64,000 bases of DNA from Octopus vulgaris (lineage: Eukaryota), in NCBI GenBank assembly GCA_951406725.2, contig OX597834.1:35836001-35900000 (forward strand), written 5' to 3'. Positions 1-15,354 of this stretch are shown here, in pieces (the stretch's first letter is position 1; the number at the start of each line of letters is the position of its first letter). The position numbers and the translations under genes are program-made. The notes under the pieces are model-generated. The model searched no databases, had not been told where the DNA came from, and worked only from the letters and a program-made list of their open reading frames with translations.

Positions 1-99
1 ACATACAAACACACATAGATAGACAGGCTGACAGAAAAACATAGGATAGATAGATAAATATAAATAGATAGATAGAGAGACAGACAGACAGAAAGATAG

Positions 100-146
<47 letters not shown>

Positions 147-178
147 CAGCTAGCTAGCTAGCTAGCTAGATAGCTAGA

Positions 179-214
<36 letters not shown>

Positions 215-261
215 TCGTTATGCAAAATATATATATCATAAGGTGGGTGGGGAGAGAATCA

Positions 262-505
262 AAGGTTACTTCCGTTGCCACTGGCTCACAAGGTCTGCTT
301 CCTGGATTCTGTGGCGTATACATTTCCCTCTGGAAGGGACACCGGTCCGTGGCGATAGTTACTATGTTTACCGGCTGAGGGGAATGGAACAGTGTGAAAT
401 AAGGTTCTTTACTCGGAAACAACCCATCGACAGGTGCAGCCGAGGAATCGAAACCACAATCTTACGATCATGAATGCAACACCCCAACCACAAAGCCACG
501 TTCTT
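262..505 (-). mobile_element. tRNA-derived SINE, family S3, degenerate copy
   Basis: Reverse strand has a tRNA-like head with B box (GGTTTCGATTCC). The body resembles the copy at 60410-60657. Confidence 0.7.
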
Positions 506-734
506 CATCCACCTAACCATTACCCCACCCGGATTATCATCGGATCTTTGTTCTTCTTCGGACTCTACCACCATCTATCGATCTTTCTGTATCTTTCGTC
601 GATGTTTATCCCACTAATCTACCACATCTCGAACTTTCTGGAATTTTTGAACTCCGTAAGTTAATAACTTCCGCCATTTTCTATTTTGTATCGTTTTTTT
701 TTATCTCCTCTTTAAACAGTTAATCCATTTTGTC

Positions 735-880
735 TGTCTTTAGATTCTGAGCTCAAATTTCGCCGAGGTCAGCTCTACCTTTTATTCTTTGGGGGACGAT
801 AAAATAGGTACTACTCTTGTACTGGGAATCGATACATTTGACTTTACCCCTCCTTCAAAATTTCAGACCGTGTGCCTATT
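735..880 (+). mobile_element. SINE family S2 fragment (Nin/Deu-type core)
   Basis: TTCTGAGCTCAAATTTCGCCGAGGTC...GGGGACGATAAAATAGGTAC...AAAATTTCAGACCGTGTGCCTA matches the fuller copies at 24516 and 32682. Confidence 0.8.
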
Positions 881-884
881 ATTA

Positions 885-1210
885 TTGTTGTTGCTGATGA
901 TTTGACTCAGGTTCGTACTTATTCCTGGCAGGACTTACGTGGGTAGCGGATTACCATCCGTAACCCTAGGTATCCACAGTTTTTCAATAGTCTTTCAAGT
1001 ATTTAAAAACCCTCCTGATAATCTTCCCTGTCCCTAAGAGGCAAACTTTCTGTAGAAGCTCTTCGGGACATTCCATTCCAACCTCCTTCAACCATTTCTC
1101 TATATATTTTGATTTACAATTCCCAATGAACAAAGCATTACAAGAACAACATTTACAGTTTTCCTTTTCCAAATTCTTAGAATTTCAAATTTTAAGGAAT
1201 TGTATTTTTT
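885..1210 (-). mobile_element. 3' end of an R4/Dong-type (RLE) LINE
   Basis: Translates KWLKEVGMECPEELLQKVCLLGTGKIIRRV, typical of the R4/Dong C-terminus. 1170-1210 is homologous to 6616-6655. Ends next to AAC/AAT repeats. Confidence 0.75.
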
Positions 1211-1212
1211 AA

Positions 1213-1475
1213 GGGCAGAATCGTCAGTGTCGGAAAAAAGGCTTTGTAATAAATACTTCCGGCTATTTACGTTCTGAGTTCTGTTCCCGCCAAAATCAGT
1301 CCTGCTTTTATCTGTCTGGGGTCGGTGAAATAAATACTTCCGGCTCTTTACGTTCTGAGTTCAGTTCCCGCCGAGATCAGTCTTGCTTTTATCTGTCTGG
1401 GGTCGGTACTGGAGGAAGCGGGGATGGTATCGACTGTTCACCCGCCCTTTAAAATTGTTAGTCTTTGTGCCCAAA
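1213..1475 (+). mobile_element. SINE S2, partially tandem-duplicated
   Basis: Two copies of AATAAATACTTCCGGCT.TTTACGTTCTGAGTTC...TCTGTCTGGGGTCGGT. Confidence 0.75.
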
Positions 1476-1753
1476 TCAGAAACAGCAACAACAACAACGA
1501 TAACGAGGGTAAGAAGAATTTTGATCGTAAGTCTGGGCGAGCAACAACATGTACGACAACAACAATAAATTTACAACAATGTCAACAACAGGAACAACAA
1601 TAGCATTAGTACTATAGACACCAAAAGCAACATCGATAACATGAACAACAAGGTCGCCATCACCATCACCGCCAGGAAGAGCAACAGCAGCAAATGACAG
1701 CAACAAAACTGCCAACAGCAATACCGTGACTGTAGCAGCAGCAGCAGCAGCAG

Positions 1754-2119
1754 TGGAGGCGCAATGGCCCAATGGTTAGGGCAGCGGACTCGCGGTCGGA
1801 GGATCGCGGTTTTGATTCCCAGACCAGGCGTTGTGTGTTTATTGAGCAAAAACACCTAAAGCTCCACGAGCTCCGGTAGGGGGTGGGGTGGCGACCCCTG
1901 TTGTACTCTTTCGCTCCAACTTTCTCTCGCTCTTTCTTCCAGTTTCTTGTCCCCGACTTCCTTCCTATGCAACCGCTGAGCCTGGATGCGCATTCATCCA
2001 TCCGTCGATGCTCTCGGTGTCGGGGGTTGACCCGCTTTCTCTTCCGCGGGTCTTACGAATAGCAAAGGACCACGTTTCGGACTTCTCCCACTCTGGGACG
2101 AAGACCGCTATGCTCAAAG
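1754..2119 (+). mobile_element. tRNA-derived SINE S3, near-intact head
   Basis: GGAGGCGCAATGGCCCAATGGTTAGGGCAGCGGACTCGCGGTC...GGTTTTGATTCCC gives A and B boxes. The body is shared with 21100-21188. Confidence 0.85.
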
Positions 2120-2435
2120 GCAACAGCAGCAAATGACAGCAACAAGACTGCCAAAAGCAACGCTGTGACTGCCACGACGACCACCACCAATTCTACTAAC
2201 AGCAGTAGCAGCAGCAGCAGCACAACAAAAACGATGTAAATAAGAAACCACACCACCACCACCAACAACAATACCATTCCCACCGTCAACGTCGCCGCCA
2301 CCACCATCACCACCATAGCCGACATCGCCACCACTGTATTCACCACCATCGTCAGCATCACCACCACCATCCCCATCAACAACACTATCACTAACACTAC
2401 CAAAAAGAACAGCAGCAATGACAAAAACAACCTCC

Positions 2436-2676
2436 ATCACCACCACCAGCAGCAGCAGCAGTCACCCCCACCTCCACCCGATAGCACCCCCCACCCCCAC
2501 CTCCACCACCACCTCCACCACCACCAGCACCACCACCAGCACCACCACCACCACCACCAGCACCAGCACCAGCACCACCACCACAACCACCACCACCACC
2601 ACCACCACCATCCACCACCACCACCACCACCACCACCACCACCACCACCACCACCATCCACCACCACCACCACCAC
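2436..2676. repeat. (CAC/CAG)n trinucleotide tract
   Basis: Direct inspection. Confidence 0.95.
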
Positions 2677-3054
2677 CTCTAATAGTTATTAATAAACTGT
2701 AGCAGCTCAATTATCGCATGGAATTAAAAGTATGTCTTTTTTTTCTTTATATATGGCTTCCTTCATTTTCATTATTACTTTTTCCATTTAATTCCTTTCA
2801 TAACCACCGCACCACTCATCTACCTACCTACCTACCTACACCACTCCTGCTCCACGTAACACCGTGCTCCACCCGGCTCCTCCACCATCTCCACAGCATC
2901 CCCGCATCCCACCCACCAACACCCACCACCGTCACTATCCTCTCTCCACTATGGTTTTTTTTTTTTAACAATGACACTTCAAACACACCAAAGGCCACTC
3001 TGCAATGAAATATGTAACTGTCTTTATTGTATTGTATCGTGTGCCTACTTTTGT

Positions 3055-4435
<1,381 letters not shown>

Positions 4436-5077
4436 ATTCGAAATCATGTAGGTTTGTCGCTGTCCGGTACACCTAAACTAATCGCTCATGCATTGGTCAA
4501 AATGTCTGTAACCGTGTATTTAACACAGTTCTGTATTAAACACCATCCACCAAACGCCCACCTCCACCACCACCGATTGTCCCCGTCCTTCCTTACCATT
4601 GCCGTCGAATATATCACGCCATCACGCCATCAGTCTCCAGTTCACGCAACCCTGAATGCATCCCTCCTCAATTAGCTGCCGGTTGTTATGTCGTACATCA
4701 AACGCAACAGGAAAGAGCAGCCTTGCATAATTACAAGGGAGACAATCAAGACTGTTTATCCCTTACGCAACCACATTTTTTATTACCCGTGCGAGCGACC
4801 TTGCATAACTTTACTCCGTCTCTTTTGCTAACTAGTGTGGCAAACTGTCAAAGTAGGCTTAACGGTTGACAGACTTTAATTATAGAACCTCCACGTGGTC
4901 ACTCGATTAGCAAGAAATAGCAGCCACATCGTTCTTATATAACAGTCTACAGTTCTAAATAAGGAAAAAGCATGTTAAATAATATTATTTACATAACACG
5001 TAGTGTAGTACGGTAACTGCAATGCTTTTGCTCGTTTAACTGGTCGTCATGCATTGTTCTCCAGAAAAATCACATAC

Positions 5078-5160
5078 ACTTGTTTACAATGTTTTGCTGA
5101 AAAATTGTATATACTTGTTTACAATGTTTTGCTGAAAAATTGTATATACTTGTTTGCAAT
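5078..5160. repeat. 35-bp tandem duplication (about 2.3 copies)
   Basis: Units begin ACTTGTTT at 5078, 5113 and 5148; the first two are ACTTGTTTACAATGTTTTGCTGAAAAATTGTATAT. Confidence 0.9.
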
Positions 5161-5554
5161 CGAACATTACAAAACTCATTGCGAGCCGTCAAAGACCATA
5201 ACTTCCCTTTGTTACCGAATCACTTCTCTACAACATGAGGCCTTCGAATCTATTTCTAATCGTCTTCTCTGAAGTTATTTGCTTCAGTACAAAGAATGAT
5301 CATGGGCCATTATTACTTGCCAGTTGCTCCTAATTAACACTGCATCGTCCTCGTCGTGAAGTGTTCTACTTGGTTCATAAGGGGTCAGGAAATGTTTAAG
5401 GCTGTACTACGAGTGTTTAGAGAGGTTGGGTTTTTCTCAAACAAACTATTTTAACCAAATATAATTTAACCGAATGCATATATTTGAAACACATCTTTGA
5501 AAGAATGAAAAGAGATCTTTGCTGGGTTTAAGACATTAATTAGACGTTGTAAGT

Positions 5555-5732
5555 CAACACGTCGGGCCAAAAACTTAGTGACATTTCGTTCTGATTTATT
5601 TTCTGATTTCAAATTCCGTCAACGAATTTATCAGTGTCGATAAAAATAAGTACCAGTTGAGCACTGGGGTCAATGTGATTAACTTGCCCCCTCTCCCCAA
5701 ATTTCAGGCCTTGTGCCAATAATAAAAGGATT
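5555..5732 (+). mobile_element. SINE S2, degenerate
   Basis: GTCGATAAAAATAAGTACCAGTTGAGCACTGGGGTC...CCCCAAATTTCAGGCCTTGTGCC. Confidence 0.8.
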
Positions 5733-6539
5733 GTAAATCAAGAAGAAATGTGAGTGATTATACACCAACATCCAATATATATATAACTTCATTAAATTAT
5801 GTCCTCACGATGTGCTTCTAGATTTAATCCTTTATGAGAATTACTAAATTTCCAGAACAATTCAACGAAGGAGGTACAAGTCTATAAAGGTATCTACTGA
5901 TGCGGCGGCGGCGGCGGCGGCATCAACCGAGGAGAGACGAAGAATTGTGTGGGAAAACGGAGAGGTAAGGCGATTCACGCCCGTTTCTGGTCCGAATATC
6001 GAAGTGAAGAAGGGAATGAATGATGAGCGAGTGAGTAGCAACCGAGCAAGAGAGCACAACTTGCAGCCGCATCGCGTGTGTGGTATTCGTCGTCCTGCAC
6101 GGCCCTGAAACGGAGATGAGGCTCTCGGATGGGATATAGAAGAAAATAATGATAAGCTTCTGTACAAAGTTAGCTTCTATATTCCATCAAAAATAATTTA
6201 TTCTTGTTATTACAAAACATGGGTAATAAGCATTTGTAAAACTCCATTCGAAGAAAAGGAACGCTGAGGTAAAAATGTTGAGAAATTCTCTGTCTGCTAA
6301 ATCCGTCTCTAATCTATTGTTTTCTAACACGAATTGTTTACTGACGCTTTTCTAATCTAATCTTCTCCTCTGTCAATCACCACCAGCATCACCACCACCA
6401 CCGTTAGTTAGTTAAAATGGCTTCCGCCAAATCTAACTAATCCGATAACTGAATTCCATTCGTCTAATCTAAGTTTACTGTATAATGAATGAATGAGAAA
6501 GCCTCTACGTTAGTATTCTATTCCAATGTCTTTCCATCA

Positions 6540-7202
6540 TTTGTCTATATCTTTGCATACAGTTTCCAATGCATCAGTTATGATAGGAACACCTTTACAA
6601 TATTCATATTCCAAATTCTTGCAATTTCAAATTTTAAGGGATTGCATTTTTTTTGTTTTCGTCTTCTTTCAATCTTGGAATCAAACGACCATGATGAATC
6701 AATTAGTAAGCAGCTTCGCTTTTGCTTGTCTATTATCATGTCTGGTCTATTATTTTCTAGCTTCTTGTCAGTTTGAATAGGAAATACAAACAGAATCTTA
6801 CGTTTCTCTGACTCCAGCACTCTTTCCGCCCGATGTTCATAGCATGTGTCTCCAGCTTCAAATGCCCATTTCTGGCAAGGCTTCCGGTATAAAACATTTA
6901 CATCTTGGCCATGCCTCCATTTTTTATATTCTTCCTGGGCCAACTTAGGACATTCTGCAACAATGTGTGCCACTGTCTCGTTCCAAGTTTCATAGACTTT
7001 TTTTTTCTTTTACTTGTTTCAGTCATTTGACTGCGGCCATGCTGAAGCACCGCCTTTAGTCGAGCAAATCGACCCCGGGATTTATTCTTTGTAAGCCTAG
7101 TACTTATTCTATCGGTCTTTTCTGCCGAACCGCTAAGTGACGGGTACGTAAACACACCAGCATCGGTTGTCAAGCAATGCTAGGGGGACAAACAGATACA
7201 CA

Positions 7203-7276
<74 letters not shown>

Positions 7277-8040
7277 CGACACACATATATACGACACATA
7301 TATATGACAGGCTTCTTTCAGTTTCCGTCTACAAAATCCATTCACAAGGCATTGGTCGGCCCGGGGCTATAGCAGAAGACACTTGCCCAAAATGCCACGC
7401 AGTGGGACTGAACCCGGAACCATGTGGTTGGTTAGCAAGCTACTTACCACACAGCCACTCCTGCGCCTCTTCATTTTCCTGACACATATACTGACATGTA
7501 TACTCGTATACATTTTCCCTCAAGTTGTTTGTTTTTATCGCTTGATCCTGGGCTGCTACAATCAGGCTCTCTGTTTCTTTTTGTAATTACCCTTTCTTTT
7601 AACCAAACCCAGGATTTTCTTCCACATACAACTTTAAGGGTTTTCCAAAATTGACCATACAAAGCTCTCTCTTCAATCTGTCTAACGTGCTCTCTTTGTC
7701 TTTCATTCTTCTCCTTTTCTCCTCTTCCTCACTTAATCACTTGTTCCTTATTCACAATCTTTAGTACTTTCTCTGTGCTGTTCTGTAAATATTCTTATAA
7801 GCTTTCCATCTTTCCATCTGTACACACTCAGCCACTGCAATTAAGCCTCTTCCACCCTTGTCTCTTTTCAAGTACAGCCGGTTGATATCAGCTTTCGGAT
7901 GGTGGGCTCCATACATTGTCAAGAGCTTTCCAGTTTTTCGGTCAAATTTCTGTATGCCGTTTTTGGTCCAGTCTACAATTCCAGTTCCATATCTGATTAC
8001 AGGTACTGCTCAAGCATGCATTGCTTCAATAACATTTTTG
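6540..8040 (-). mobile_element. R4/Dong-type LINE fragment (RT C-terminus, CCHC knuckle, RLE), interrupted by a SINE
   Basis: Reads AVPVIRYGTGIVDWTKNGIQKFDRKTGKLLTMYGAHHPKADINRLYLKRDKGGRGL, then ETESLIVAAQDQAIKT, then HIVAECPKLAQEEYK...IQTDKKLENNRPDMIIDKQKRSCLLID. Contains stops and frameshifts. The 5' end abuts (AAT)n. Confidence 0.9.
7005..7467 (-). mobile_element. tRNA-derived SINE S1, full length, with internal microsatellite
   Basis: Head GGCGCAGGAGTGGCTGTGTGGTAAG...GGTTCAGTCCC, CORE-like TTGGGCAAGTGTCTT, tail TGACTGAAACAAGTAAAAG. Nested in the LINE. Confidence 0.9.
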
Positions 8041-8042
8041 AT

Positions 8043-8044
8043 TA

Positions 8045-8117
<73 letters not shown>

Positions 8118-8218
8118 CATTATTATCATTATTATTATCATCATTATTATTATTATTATTATTATTATCATTATTATCATTATCATTATCATTATTATCA
8201 TTATCATTATCATTATTA

Positions 8219-8269
<51 letters not shown>

Positions 8270-8592
8270 GTAGTAGTAGTAGTAGTAGTATGATTATTTG
8301 CAATGATGGTGGTGGTGGTGGTGGTGCTGATCGCCGTCGTAGTAGTAGTAGTAGCGCTGGTGGTAGTAGCGACGCCGTTAATTTCCGGGTGGAACATTCC
8401 CAGTTGTTTGTCAGGAATTATTACTATTTTCGTTGTTGTTGTTGTTGTTGATGCTGTTATTACAATGAATATTTTTATATTCTTTAATATTGTTAATATA
8501 TATTTCTAGTTGTAGTGAATGTTTTTAAAACATCGATATTGTTATTATTTTAATTAGTGTTTTTTTTATAATTAGCTTTATTATTATTATTA

Positions 8593-8657
<65 letters not shown>

Positions 8658-9041
8658 TCAGTTGTTGTCTATAATTATGTAAGGAATGTATAGAATGTAA
8701 AAAAAAACAAGCATGGTTACATTCATCATCACCATGACTGCCATCACCACCGTCACCACCACCACCACCATCACCACCACTACCACTACCACCGCCATCA
8801 CCGCCTTCATCACTACCATCACCATCACCCCCACCACTACCATGATCATCATCACCACCATCATCATCTCTCTCGTCATCACCATTATCATGATCATGAT
8901 CCTCATCATCGTCACTACCATCATCATCCCACTCATCATCATCATCGTCACCAACATTATCATCCACCTCACCATCATCATCATCATGAACCTATCACCA
9001 TCGTCACTACTACTTCCTTCATCAACATAATCATCATAATT

Positions 9042-9089
<48 letters not shown>

Positions 9090-9090
9090 G
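8043..9090. repeat. (ATT)n, (GTA)n, (CAC/CAT)n trinucleotide tracts
   Basis: Direct inspection. Confidence 0.9.
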
Positions 9091-9286
9091 TTCGACGCTT
9101 TTGCTGATCCACCTGCTCTATTTTCACTCTCGCCGCTTTCAAACGAAATATCCATGTCCTTCATAGTGTTCCTTCAATATACATGTGTGTGTATGCGTGT
9201 CTGCGAACGCCTGTATGCATGTGTATGAGTATGTGTGCTACATTTTTTGCAACACCGATACACCCAGACATACACACACAAATACA

Positions 9287-9340
<54 letters not shown>

Positions 9341-9727
9341 ACAAATTTAATTTCACAGATTCAAGATATATAATACCCAATAAAAATACAAAAACCCACA
9401 AATATATTAATGATACAGCCTAATTACAAAATAATGAGTAAGTCCTTGAAAATAAAAGGGGCCAACTCAATAAACAGAGAACCGGGATAATCCTGGATTA
9501 GGAGTCAAAACGTGTTACAGTAAAATCAGAATTAAAATGCTTTTGGTCATTGACGATGACGTAGCTGTGTGGTAAGGAGTTTGTTCCCTACCCACATAGT
9601 TCTGGGTTCAGTCCTACTGCATGGCCCCTTGGTCACGTGTCTTCTACTATAGCCTAGGACCGACTAAGTTTCTGTGATTGAATTTGGTTACCGGAAACTG
9701 AAAGATGCCCATCGTATAGTCTCTCTC

Positions 9728-9777
<50 letters not shown>

Positions 9778-9825
9778 CATTTGACTGTTTTTTTTTCGTT
9801 GTCCCACCATTTTTTCTTCTCATCG

Positions 9826-9861
9826 CTTTCTGTCGAAGAGCACAGGCTCGAAACGTCAAAG
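9826..9861 (+). ncRNA. Minimal type I hammerhead-like motif, family B element (9775-9945)
   Basis: CTTT-CTGTCGA-A-GAGC-acag-GCTC-GAAA-CG-TC-AAAG: stem I, stem II, palindromic ACGT stem III, GUC site. Core position A6 is U. Confidence 0.7.
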
Positions 9862-9980
9862 ACTTCTCGAGCGTCAAATTAATACACCTGCTTGTTGTTC
9901 CCTCACCTGCCTTCATCTCTTGCTTTCTGTAAATTTGAACTATATTTATGCATATATATATATATATATATATGTATGCA

Positions 9981-10011
<31 letters not shown>

Positions 10012-10014
10012 GCA

Positions 10015-10072
<58 letters not shown>

Positions 10073-10155
10073 CATATGTGTGTGTGTATTTAGCCGAGTA
10101 AGATTCGCGTAAAATCCTTGTAGAATGCTATGCAAAGCTCGTCGGTAGTTATTGG

Positions 10156-10230
10156 CTACCTGATGACTGATTACGCTTCATCACACCGATGTACTATGAG
10201 TGTAAAAATGTGTCGAAACGATTGTAGTAA
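10156..10230 (+). ncRNA. Degenerate hammerhead motif with long stem II
   Basis: TAC-CTGATGA...GAAA-CGATTG-TA-GTA, with a near-palindrome (CGATCG). Stem II pairing is weak. Confidence 0.45.
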
Positions 10231-10469
10231 TTTTAAAAACACAATGTCATCCATTCCATTTCCTATCATTATATATTATATAGTCATCTTTATATATGTT
10301 ACATGTGTGTCTTTGTGCCTGTGTTTGTAAACACAACTACACCGCTTGAAACCAGTGCAGCTGTATTTATGTTTCCGTAACTTAGCGGTTCATCAAAGAG
10401 AGCGATATATTAAGTACCAGATTTTTAAAACTAAGTAGTCTAAAAGGTGAAACAACAATGTACTTGAAA

Positions 10470-10650
10470 TAACCAACAGTAAATTGAAAAAAAATAATAT
10501 GTAAACATAAAAGATGTGAACTCCACAACTCAAACTATTACATCGAACACACAACCACAATACTTTCTCGATAGATGACCATGCATTTTGAAAGCAGAGG
10601 CAATACACAACACATTTTAATGATATATAGAACATGAAAGAAAATCTATT
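10470..10650 (+). mobile_element. Penelope-like GIY-YIG endonuclease remnant
   Basis: CELHNSNYYIEHTTTILSR*MTMHF resembles the PLE motif YIG.TTTTLSRRLTMH. Confidence 0.55.
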
Positions 10651-11425
10651 CCAATGACTATATATACATAATGTGTCTGTGTACGTATCCGTGTGTGTGT
10701 GTGTGTACGTGTATGAGGTGAGAGGGGTTCTGGGAATGATTGTCCCCTTCGTCGTTTCGGGTCCTCGAGTAATGCTAAGTACTCTTTGTCTGTCATTCAT
10801 TCTTTCAGTGCTTCTTTCACTTTCGTTTTTTCTGTCTGTCTGTCTATCATTCATTCATCTCTCTTTCTTTTTGGTCTGTCTGTCTATCAGTTTGCCTTTT
10901 TTCCTTCTGTCTGTCATTCTCTTCCTCCCTTCTTCCCTCCTTTCATTTTCCTTTGTTTGTTTTTTCTTTCTTTCTTTCTTTCTTTCCCTTCTCACTCTCT
11001 GTCCCTCTCTCTCTAGCCATATTCTTGTATTCATGTCCCAATAAAATACGCCATAAAATATCCGTAAAGATGGTTTCTTTTAATAGCCAGCATCATATTT
11101 AACGACAACGCCAAAAGACTATGTATATATGAATGTGTGTGTGTATGTATGTGTATGTGCGTGTATATATATATAAATACATGTGTGTGTGTGAGTGTGT
11201 ATTGATTTCTGTCTTCTCCATTTGCATTTTATCATATATATTTTTATATACAAGCATATACACACACACGTATGTATTATATACATACATATATACATAA
11301 CTGCATATATACATATCTATCTACGCATTAGTCTATCTATATTTATATCATATCATATCTATCTATATCTATTTATATATATGTGTGTGTGTATGTCTAT
11401 GTATATATATATCCACCCTTCTATC

Positions 11426-11491
<66 letters not shown>

Positions 11492-12864
11492 ATTACATAT
11501 ATGCATATATAATTAATATTTCCTTTCGTCACGACTGTCCAGATATCTGCTTACAGAATTAATTGTCACTGCAGTACCACATTATACTCAGCATACATCC
11601 CCTGCTTCAAGCAGATTGGTTTAGTATTATAATAAACATAAATGGTATTGTGAATAAATCGTTTGCTCCTGTGTATATTAAACTGCTTCCTACTTCACTG
11701 CAGAATCGAGACCTGCTTGTTAACAATTCAAAATATGTGCTGTCTTAAGAAAGGAAGGACGCATTGTGTGATGTAGTGTTTAGGACTAGCTTATACAATG
11801 ATGTCGTTCGTTGGACTCGCTTATTCAATGTATCGTTTGATGATCTGGAATCTGTGAACAGAATAAGACGAAAGGTCACGGATGTAATGTCTTTGATAAG
11901 GGGTCTGCTGGATCAATACTAACCACGGTTGAACAAAAATTTTATATATTATATATTAGCTGCAGTAATTAGTGGTAAATTAACTGGGGTTTTGAGCGCT
12001 TTACGTTTATTTGTTTCAACTTTGCGTTCGGAGTTCAATTCCCAATGAGGTCACATTTCATTCTTTTTGGGGGTCGATAAATCAAGTACCAATCTAAAAC
12101 AGCGGACTGCTAAAACTGTAAAAACTTGCGGTATTTGTTTCAATTCTTTGCATTCCAAGCTCAAATCCCGATGTGACCTGCTTGGGTCGTAGTCTCAATA
12201 TGTCACCCAGTTTAACACGACGACCTGGTTTTGGGGTTGCTTTTAGCAGAGCCCACTCTGTTTCAAGTGTTCGGCCCAGGTCTTCGGGGCTTGAGGATAC
12301 TCTACACCTCCCATCCTCCCATGCCCCTCTCCCATCCCTTTCTCCTACCCATGTCAGTGAGTCTGTAATGAGAGACGGTTGGGTATGAGCACCTCGCTTC
12401 ACTTAAGACTTAAAGAGAAGAGAAAAAGAAACAAAAACAGACACACACACACATCCCCTCCCTTCTGAACTCCTAAACATAAGAACTAATGAGGGAATCT
12501 CCATGACTGGCTAAAACTTGCTAGAAATCGAAACTAAAACTCCCTTGAATTACATTCTTCTCTCTTAGAACAGGACTAGATACGCACATGGTCATGGTTG
12601 AAACGTCATTATCAATATGACCTAATTGATCAGGTCTACCCTGAGGCAACTGAGACAACGTATTGTTGACTTGAATGGCACCAAATGGGATTTAGAAAGG
12701 CATGAATATCACACAGTCACATAATTTTAGGCTCGAGGCCCGGTGGTGAGTTAATATTTTGATCGGAATAGATATGGAGATATATTCGATTAACTTGTCC
12801 GTTCCCGATCAGTTGGATTACTGAAGTGGAAACCGATACAACAAGGGACAGACAACTGGCTAGA

Positions 12865-13014
12865 TAGATACATACATAGGTAGGTAGGTAGGTAGATAGG
12901 TAGGTAGGTAGGTAGGTAGGTAGGTAGGTAGGTAAGTAGGTAGGTAGGTAGGTAGGTAGGTAGGTAGGTAGGTAGGTAGGCGGATAGGAAGGTAGGTTGA
13001 TATAGATAGATAGA

Positions 13015-13055
<41 letters not shown>

Positions 13056-13070
13056 GAGAGAGAGGGGGGG
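12865..13070. repeat. (AGGT)n/(AGAT)n tetranucleotide tract
   Basis: Direct inspection. Confidence 0.95.
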
Positions 13071-13379
13071 CTGGAGAGAGAAAAGAAGAGAGACAAGACA
13101 GGAAAGTTGAGAGAAAGATAGAAACAGATGGAAAAAGAGAGGGAGAGAATGAAAAATTGAGAGCGAGATAGATGTAGGGAGTATGGAAGATATGAAAGAA
13201 GTAACACACACACACACACATACACAGATCCAGACACTCAGATACACACACACACACACAAACACACACATATACATACATAAATATTATGTATTCGTAA
13301 AATGAAACCATCTTTAATTTAGGAGTAGCTTTATATATGCACTCATATATACACTCATATATACACTTCTGTATTATGT

Positions 13380-13417
<38 letters not shown>

Positions 13418-13435
13418 ATGTGTGTATGCACCCCC

Positions 13436-13471
<36 letters not shown>

Positions 13472-13519
13472 ACATGTGTGTGTGTGTGTGCATATATATA
13501 TATTGTGACTCCCCTTCGG

Positions 13520-13594
<75 letters not shown>

Positions 13595-14034
13595 CAGACA
13601 GACAGAAGGAGGCATGGAAAGAGAGAAACAGTATATGTACAATGATATTCTGTATTTGACAGGAAGAATTTAGCATTGTCAAAGACACCGGGAAATAATT
13701 CCTCGATAGTTTTGTCCCAATTTTGGTAAATGTGCAACTGTCAGCTGTCCTGTGTTCACCTGACAGACTGACATACTTAATGGCTGCTTTGGGGATCCAT
13801 CGCTGGAAATACGAAGTGAAATAGTAGGAGGGTGGGGTGTAGGGAGAGGAAGGGATGGAGAGTGAGGGATAGTAGGTGGGGGGGAATGGAAGAGAGGAAG
13901 AAGAGGAGAGAGAGGGAAGGAGAAGTATGGAAATTAATGTTTGGAGATTCTGCAAATAGTTGTTAATCAATGAGTTATAGAGTGGAAATTGTGATGATTC
14001 TTTCCCAGACAACATCAACCTACACTAGTCTTAC

Positions 14035-15170
<1,136 letters not shown>

Positions 15171-15354
15171 TTAGGGAAAAGAATCGAGAGGAAAAGAAAG
15201 AGGTGAGGAGAGATGATGTGAAGGAAAATAGTTAAGAGTTTAGAAAGCAATTTCACAATAGAATGGTTCGGCTCAAGCGAAACGCTTTGGTGACAAGCCA
15301 GGAAAATTAGGCGCAGATTTATTACACATTTATGAGAGGTTTATATCTGTGTGG

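Larger units (their letters stand above)
9557..10440 (+). mobile_element. SINE S1 split by insertions in its internal (TA)n
   Basis: 5' half at 9557-9717; 3' half (CCGCTTGA...CGTAACTTAGCGGTTC...AAGTACCAG) at about 10310-10440. Confidence 0.75.

Noticed and set aside
1754-1830. tRNA gene
   Set aside because: It has A/B boxes but continues into a SINE body shared with other copies; the same applies to the other SINE heads.
12200-12300. GACCTGG/CCAGGTC hairpin as an HDV-like ribozyme
   Set aside because: I could not assign the nested double pseudoknot.
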